A DNA stretch of 64,000 nucleotides from Rhynchopus sp. YZ270_cl-10 (Eukaryota). A program made the translations under genes and the position numbers. The notes beneath the pieces were generated by a model. The model was not told the origin of the DNA. It made no database searches and saw nothing but the letters and a program-made list of their open reading frames with translations. Of this stretch, positions 57,628 through 64,000 are shown piece by piece. The DNA lies in contig OZ037834.1 in NCBI GenBank assembly GCA_964035575.1, positions 1,240,001 through 1,304,000 on the forward strand, read 5' to 3'. The stretch's first letter is position 1. Each line of letters opens with the position of its first letter.

Positions 57628-58826
57628 GTTAAATAAAGTATACGAAAGGATTTGGCACTTTTAGTGGACTCATTGCGATAACTGACGATGTGAATTTTTG
57701 GTGGTGGTAAGTGAGTGTTCGAAAGTTAAAAAGGGGGTGGTGGTGTGTGTCTTTTTCTTGATCAAGTAAGAAACAAACAACAAGAACAACACACAAGGTT
57801 GGAACTGGATGAAAGTAAAGTTGAATGGTAAGCAGGTAAAGGTATATAATGTCAGAGCGATTATGCGGGAAGAAGAACAAGGAAGCCAATATGCTGAGCC
57901 GTCTGCAGCGATGCAGTTCATGCAACAAATGAAAGAAACGAGTTAATCAGGTGTGAGCCGCACGTCGTGCTCAGACACCTAGCAAAATACTGACAACTTG
58001 GCTGTGTGAGCAAGGCTACATCACGCCAAGGTCGTCAAGGGGGCGCAAAAAAAATTTTTTCTTTTGCACCCAAAAACATTTATAAAAGTGGAGGGGGGGG
58101 TGCAAAAATATTCTTGCACCCCACTCCAAAAGAAAAAATCTGGAGGGGAAAGAGGGCCCCGAGGGGCCTGTTGGGCCGTACCCAAAAAAACAAAAACAAA
58201 AACAAAAAAAAATAGAATTCTTTCGGAATTCATTGTAATCTTTTTTGCAAATTCCCTGCAGAGCTTTTTCATTCACCGTTTACCACATAAACCAAAGTGA
58301 GCAACTATGCCTTGACTGGGGTCTGCTCCTCTGGTATTGATGTTGGTTCGGACGGCGGCACCTCCCCACACACAGCGTGTAAGGGAGCAAGGATGTTTTC
58401 ATCCGCGGCGTCACAGTAACGCATGGCCATTTGCGTACTGGCCCAGCCTGAGTGCAGCTGCATCTGAACTGCGCTCAGATCGCTCGCAAACATTTTTAAA
58501 ATCTGTCTGTGAAAAAAAGTGGGAGTTCTTGTGAAGTTCTGTTCCAATCCGAGTTTGACAGTGTTTTTGCCTTCCAACGCGGATGTGAGTAAGATCATCA
58601 TTTTTGTACCCTCTGTGATTCGTGTGTCATGTGCAACTTTTTCGCGCGCAGCGCAAAAAAAAAAAAAATCCCACCCAAAAAGCTCAGACCGGGTCAGACC
58701 GGGGTCTTTTTTGAAAAGACCCAAATCGATCTCCATCTCTGGTGTCAAAAAAATAAAACAAAAACATAAAAATAGGGAAAGCGTTACTGACTAAAAGTGC
58801 CAAATCCTTCGTATACTTTATTTAAC
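57628..58826. mobile_element. 1.2-kb element with 37-bp TIRs and a possible tyrosine-recombinase relic
   Basis: TIR GTTAAATAAAGTATACGAA(A)GGATTTGGCACTTTTAGT; internal minus-strand HR-x20-W-x8-Y (LHSGWASTQMAMRY). Confidence 0.6.
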
Positions 58827-61800
58827 TTTGGAATATTTAAAAAACACTCTGTCCCAGTACTATTGTTTTTTTCTTTAGATTTTGTTCTCAACTGCAAAAA
58901 ACATTTCACTTCAAGAGTAGTTGATCTTCAAAAAAAAAAAAAAAAAAAAAATGCTGCGATAGATTCACAGAACAGCTCCTGAGCCATAGAAAAGCAGAAG
59001 AAGACCCCCATGAGATTCAGTCAAAGCAAAGATGCATTTTTTTTCTTTTTCTTTTTTTTTGATAAATTGTTTGAGCAGTGCAATTGCCTCAGGTTGCCAC
59101 AGTTGTTGCAACGAACAAAAATGAACAAAAATATATCTGGGTAGAGGGCTAAGAGGAGGGGGGCTTTATTTATTTTTTTTAAATCAAGTAGAAATTTAAA
59201 TCTGTTATCAATCAGGCACTATGTCATCAAAAACGCAAAAAGAAGGGTAAAAAAAAAAGAAAAATAGTTTCGGCCCCTGCCTCGAGACTATAAAATACCA
59301 CGGGGGCCTTCTCAATAGGCCGTAGGTAAAAGCAAAAAAAGGAAAAGTAAAAATGATGACGTAAGTTGGTGTCTCAAAGTGTCTCTTAACTGGAAGATCA
59401 TCCAGTGGCGAACGCACCATGCCTGTTATGTTTCTTTCATTTTTGTATAGCGGGTACTATTTGAGGTACTGGTTTGCAGCAGGAGGGGGGATACCTGACT
59501 ACTTTGTCGGTCGAATTCGAGAGAGACATAGTAGTTTACGGTAACTTCTTTGTAGTCTGTACGCCGAAGTGTTAACAAGAGAAGCCAAGGAGGAAAAATA
59601 TGAAGAAAAAACAAAAAAAGCAAAAAAAAAAAAAAAAAAAACAACAACAAAAAAAAAAAAACGAAGTACAAATACAAAACAAAGCAGGTTCAAGAAAGGG
59701 GTTTTTGGGTTGGGTGCTGTGCTCGCCTCTCTCTCTCTCTCTCTCACACTTCTCCCATAAAATACGGAGAAAAATTGTCGCCGGAAAACATTTGAGTTTT
59801 GTTGTTGGTTTTGTTTTCTTACAGGGAGAGAAAAAAGAGCGAAAGAAAAAGGGAGTCACTATCACAAGAAAGAAAAAAAAGGCAGCTTTTTTTTGTCTGC
59901 AAAAAGAATTTATTTAGAAACAAGAAAGGTTGTAAAATGAATATGCCTCACGTGCATACACATCCCCCATTCCCATAAAAAAAAGCATCGTCTTTTGCAC
60001 CAAACGTTACTGTAGGCCATGAGACAGTAGTATCATGTTTTGTGTGCCACGCGTTAGGTGTGTTGATGGTTTCTTTTTCCTTTTCTGATAATTTGTTGGA
60101 TTAGTGCACCAGATAGACAGTCTTCAAGGCACTTCCAACTAAATATCATATTAAGGAAAAGTTGTGGGATGAGCCCAAGCGTGACTGTGCTTGGTTTACC
60201 AGGAAAGAACGTATATGTTTCATTACCGGGTTTCTATTACCCCGGTTGGGTAATGAAAAAAAAGCTAAAACCCCGGTAATTCCCGGTACCCGGTAATGGG
60301 TGCCCGTCCATGATAAATAAATAGTTTTTTTTTTTTACAGAATTGCCAAATCCGCTTGCCCAATAAATATCGCCCACACCACAATCGGAGGGGGGGTGAA
60401 CCTAAAATACACGACAGACTAGTCAGGTTGGACTACCAGTTGAACTACTAGTCGTAACGACTAGTGGTGAACTAGTAGTGTTACTGGTGAAAACACTAGT
60501 TATTTGGCCTAGTAGAAACTGCTAGTCGTCCCCTTGATTAGCCAGCCGTGTCTGATCTGTGAACCACAAACCACAGGGGTTTTCGCAATCAAAAAAAAAA
60601 AATCAGAAAGTAAAGAGAGAAGCTAATGCAAACGCCTCACCGTTCATCGGCGGACGCAGGGCACTGTCAAAAAAAAAAAAAAAAAAAAAAAAGAAAGGGA
60701 AACAAATCATGTATTTAATGAGGCTTGGGTTGGCGGGGGTAAATGACGGTTAATTTTTGTTCGATTTTTAGACTACTAAAATACGGGATAGCAGCCACTA
60801 ATCAGAATTTTTTTTCTTCTTCGGTTCAGGGTAGTCATGGGGTATAGACCAATCGACTACCCTATTATTCCGGTTCGCATTTTGCTCTCTTGTTTATTTT
60901 TGTTGTGTATCATATCAGCATTCAAAAAAAAATGAGCATATTTTTTTTTGAGTGAAACACACAAATAACGAGGTCTGGGTTTGGGTGAAGTTAAAAAGCG
61001 ATCGTGTGTTTTCACAAACGGATGGGAACCTGAAGGGAAAGGGAAAAAAGAAAAGAAAAAAAGAATCTGAACAGAGGACTTAAGGTGGTCCGTCCCCCCC
61101 ACTAAGGGGTACACGCACACAAATTTCAAAAAAATTAATAGAAATGTTGATAGATCAGTGAAGGTGTTTTTTGTCACATAAATCCCAAATCTGCTGTGCT
61201 TAGTCACACCTCCGAGAAAGACACGCCTGGTGTGGCTGAAGGGGGGTGATTCGCACTTCTTGTGCACTTTTTTCACACCCCCATTCAGTCATCCAACGGA
61301 AGGGCAATTTTTTCGGCATACAAAAAGAAAGGTATATAAGACCCTAAGCCTCTGGTAGCTTAGCTTAGCCACCTTGCTGCAAAAATTTAAAAAAAAGGAA
61401 AAACGGTGTGAGGAATATCCTGGGGTTTCTGACATCAATGTAAAACGTTAAAAAAACACACAAAATTTGACGGCACGTGGAGAGATCACATACGTTAATA
61501 TGATACACACAGGGGTGAGCTATCAATCTATTTCGTTAAGAACGTTTATAGGATGAACCTAAGCCTCTCGCTGCTTAGTCAACCAGAAAGAAGAAATAAA
61601 GCCTTTTTTTGACGAAAAAATAGGCAGTTTCTTTTGGTGAGATGAACCTAAGCATATATTAGGTCACCTTCAGTTAAGATGAACAGACGAAGAGCTTCGA
61701 GGATTACCATACATTGTGGCAGCGTCCACGAAAAGGCCCCCTTAAAGCATCCGTGATTATTGGTATTTCAATAAGCATGGATGTTAGCTTTAGGGCGTCT

Positions 61801-61928
61801 TTCGTGGACGCTGCCATATTTCACATAAACAAAGATAAGACCAATGAGTACGGAAAAAGGGTTTCTTTCATGGTGGCTATTAGATGGGCAAATTCTGATA
61901 AAGAAAAATACATCAAAACACTACCACA

Positions 61929-62085
61929 ACCACCTGATCTTTTTTTTTTTTTTTTTTTTTTTTTTGCTTGAAATTTTTTGATGATGTTTAGCAGAGTGTG
62001 GTGGTATTTAAACTCCCCCCCAACCTAACTAAACTCCATCAAAAAAAAATTCAGGCAAAAATTTAAAAAAAAAAAATCAGGTGGA
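61929..62085. mobile_element. TCCACCTGA-family MITE with 4-bp TSD CACA
   Basis: CACA|ACCACCTGAT ... ATCAGGTGGA|CACA. Confidence 0.7.
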
Positions 62086-62346
62086 CACAGCCAAACACTA
62101 GAAGGGGTTTTATTTGAGAAAAGAGAAAAATCTTGTAAGTTGAAACCTAAGCCTCGCTTAGTCACCTCATGAATGAATGTGCAAAAGCACAGCGGACGAT
62201 GGAAGGGGATGGAGTGGATAAGGCGTGGGGGGAGGGGGATGGGGGGATAAAAAAACAACAAAAAACAACAAGGCAAAAAAAAAAAAAAGAAAATAACCTC
62301 CAAGAAAACAATATGGTTCCCTTTTTAAAAGGGGAAAAAAAATTTT

Positions 62347-62658
62347 TTAGACATTCAGTTCGTCGACGTTCAGCTTCTCGTCATTCTCTTCGTCTAGGTG
62401 GGTTTCAGCGAGGGGTTCCATGAGGGATGAGTTATCAATGGTACGCCCTGCGGCCATGCGACGTGAAACCTTCAGCACCACAAACGCGAGAAGAACAAAC
62501 AGCGACATGCCTGTCACACCGATCACCAGAACACCAATGGTGGTTCCATCCGTATCGTTGCCGTCGGCGCCGTTCGTTCCTGGCGGGGCAAACGGCGGGG
62601 GGGTCGGCGGCGGGGTTGGTGGGGGTGTCGGGATTCCACCGCCTCCTCCCCAAGACAT
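62347..62658 (-). CDS. Small Pro-rich single-pass membrane protein (103 aa)
   Basis: ATG at 62658; PPPT repeats, TM IGVLVIGVTGMSLFVLLAFVVL, acidic tail; GC-rich coding-like composition. Confidence 0.65.
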   Translation of the reverse strand: MSWGGGGGIPTPPPTPPPTPPPFAPPGTNGADGNDTDGTTIGVLVIGVTGMSLFVLLAFVVLKVSRRMAAGRTIDNSSLMEPLAETHLDEENDEKLNVDELNV

Positions 62659-62846
62659 AGCTAAGAGTGGGTGTGGGGGGGGGGGTGTTTTTGAAGAAAA
62701 GAAAGAGTGAAAGTGGAAAAAGGCAAAAGGCAAAAAGGCGGAGTTGGTTTGAGAGTAGAGGGGGGGTTTGTGTTGGACAAAAAAAGGTCTGGATTTGGTG
62801 ATGTGGTTGAAATATAAAGTAATAATTAAAATTTGACTTGAAATAC

Positions 62847-63002
62847 TGGTGTGGCTGAATGGGGGGGTGCTATTTTTGTGCTACTTTCTGCTATTTTCTG
62901 CTATTCTGGGCATCTGGGTTTTTTGGTGCGGCTGAAGGGAGGTGCTATTTTGTGCTTTTTTTTTTGCTACTTTCTGCTATTTTGGGGTCGTCAGCCACAC
63001 CA
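62847..63002. mobile_element. TG..CA MITE with 5-bp TSD AATAC, inserted in a family-F hairpin element
   Basis: TIR TGGTGTGGCTGA / TCAGCCACACCA; internal TGCTA(T/C)TTT repeats. Confidence 0.85.
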
Positions 63003-63239
63003 AATACAAAAAAACGCCCTCTGCACCTTGGCGTACGAGGTACATCTTGAAATGGACCCTCAACCTCCTACAATCGAGTTCGAGGTTAACATCTGAGCCC
63101 CTAGGCATACCCCGAAGGCGAATATGAATTCGCTTTCGCGGTATGCCTAGGGTCGTGAGAATGGGGGGAGAAAATCGGGAAGGGTAGTGGTTTATCCTTT
63201 TTTTTTGTTTTGTTTTTTTTTGAAAAACTTGGTCGTATT

Positions 63240-63959
63240 CAGGGTTTCCGCGTTCTTCCGGTGTTTTCGAAGGGGGCGGACGAGTTTTTTTTTCCCCCCA
63301 AAAAAAAATTTTTTACTAGTGCTTAACACAATACAGGTCGAGCCCGGCGCGCTTCGCGCGCCGGGTCGGGGACCTCCGGCGGAGTTGTCTCGCCTCACGG
63401 TCTTTCGTGAGACACAACGGGTGAGAAACTCACATTACGAGCTAGTCCCGGTCGGGAGCTTCAAGCTCCGGAGCTTGGCCTGCTCCAGGCAGACCTGCCC
63501 ACTCCACGCGCTGTAATCGAAGCGCTTCTTAGGAGTAGGGGGGGGCGCTCATACTGCCAAATAGCGTCATCTGGCGGAGTCCTTTCTTTGCGGAAGGCTT
63601 TTTAGCCGGCATGGTTGAAAAGTTAAATATAAATTTCTGTTTGGTGATTTCAGTAGGGAGTGGGGTAGGTGGGGGACAGGGGATGCCAGGGGAATGATAG
63701 AGGGGGATACCATAAGTGCGGCCGCAGATCTGCGCGACGCCAAAGAGGGGAGGCCTTTATTTTTCTATACGGGGTGGGGTGCGTCCCCTGCGGGGCCGCA
63801 CCCCACCTCGTCCACTTTACAATGTACCCCGGGCCCTCTCCCCACCCATTTTTCCCACTCCCCGGATGAACTTCGTCCGGACGAACTTCGTCCGGCAGTT
63901 TTTTTTTTTTTTTTTCTACCGGACGAACTTCGTCCGATTTTTGGGTCGCGGAAACACTG
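63240..63959. mobile_element. 720-bp hAT-like MITE with 8-bp TSD, inserted in a family-H repeat
   Basis: TIR CAG(G/T)GTTTCCGCG; TSD GTCGTATT at 63232-63239 and 63960-63967; subterminal CGGACGAACTTCGTCCG near-palindromes. Confidence 0.88.
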
Positions 63960-64000
63960 GTCGTATTAGTGTAGCCACCCTAGAGTGTGCTCCACTATTG

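Overview
Eukaryotic nuclear DNA, very probably from a diplonemid (Euglenozoa). A 39-nt spliced-leader (SL)-like sequence lies at 43237-43275, all ten supported host genes are on the minus strand (polycistronic-style unit), and two genes have short GT-AG introns with C/A-rich acceptors. Host genes: a TULIP/BPI-like + PqiA-like membrane protein, a Cys-rich repeat secreted protein, a NOXRED1/P5CR-like oxidoreductase, a possible Med17, a Plus3-domain protein, a PDK1-like kinase, a multi-SAP protein and three single-pass membrane proteins. The standout is a 6.3-kb APE-RT non-LTR retrotransposon (37000-43284, minus). It begins with the SL, has one reading frame broken only by two in-frame TGAs, carries a 2A-like motif, lacks a poly(A) tail, ends in a hairpin and sits between two T8 tracts. 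Dozens of 40-70-nt hairpin elements fill the intergenic DNA, almost all co-oriented with transcription and next to T-tracts. One family is demonstrably this LINE's 3' end; the others share its loop and tail with covarying stems. Also present are poly(A)-tailed short retroposons, several MITE families with readable TSDs (some nested in the retroposons), a foldback-like element, GTAC-core satellites and a possible tyrosine-recombinase relic. All alignments and copy counts were made by eye.
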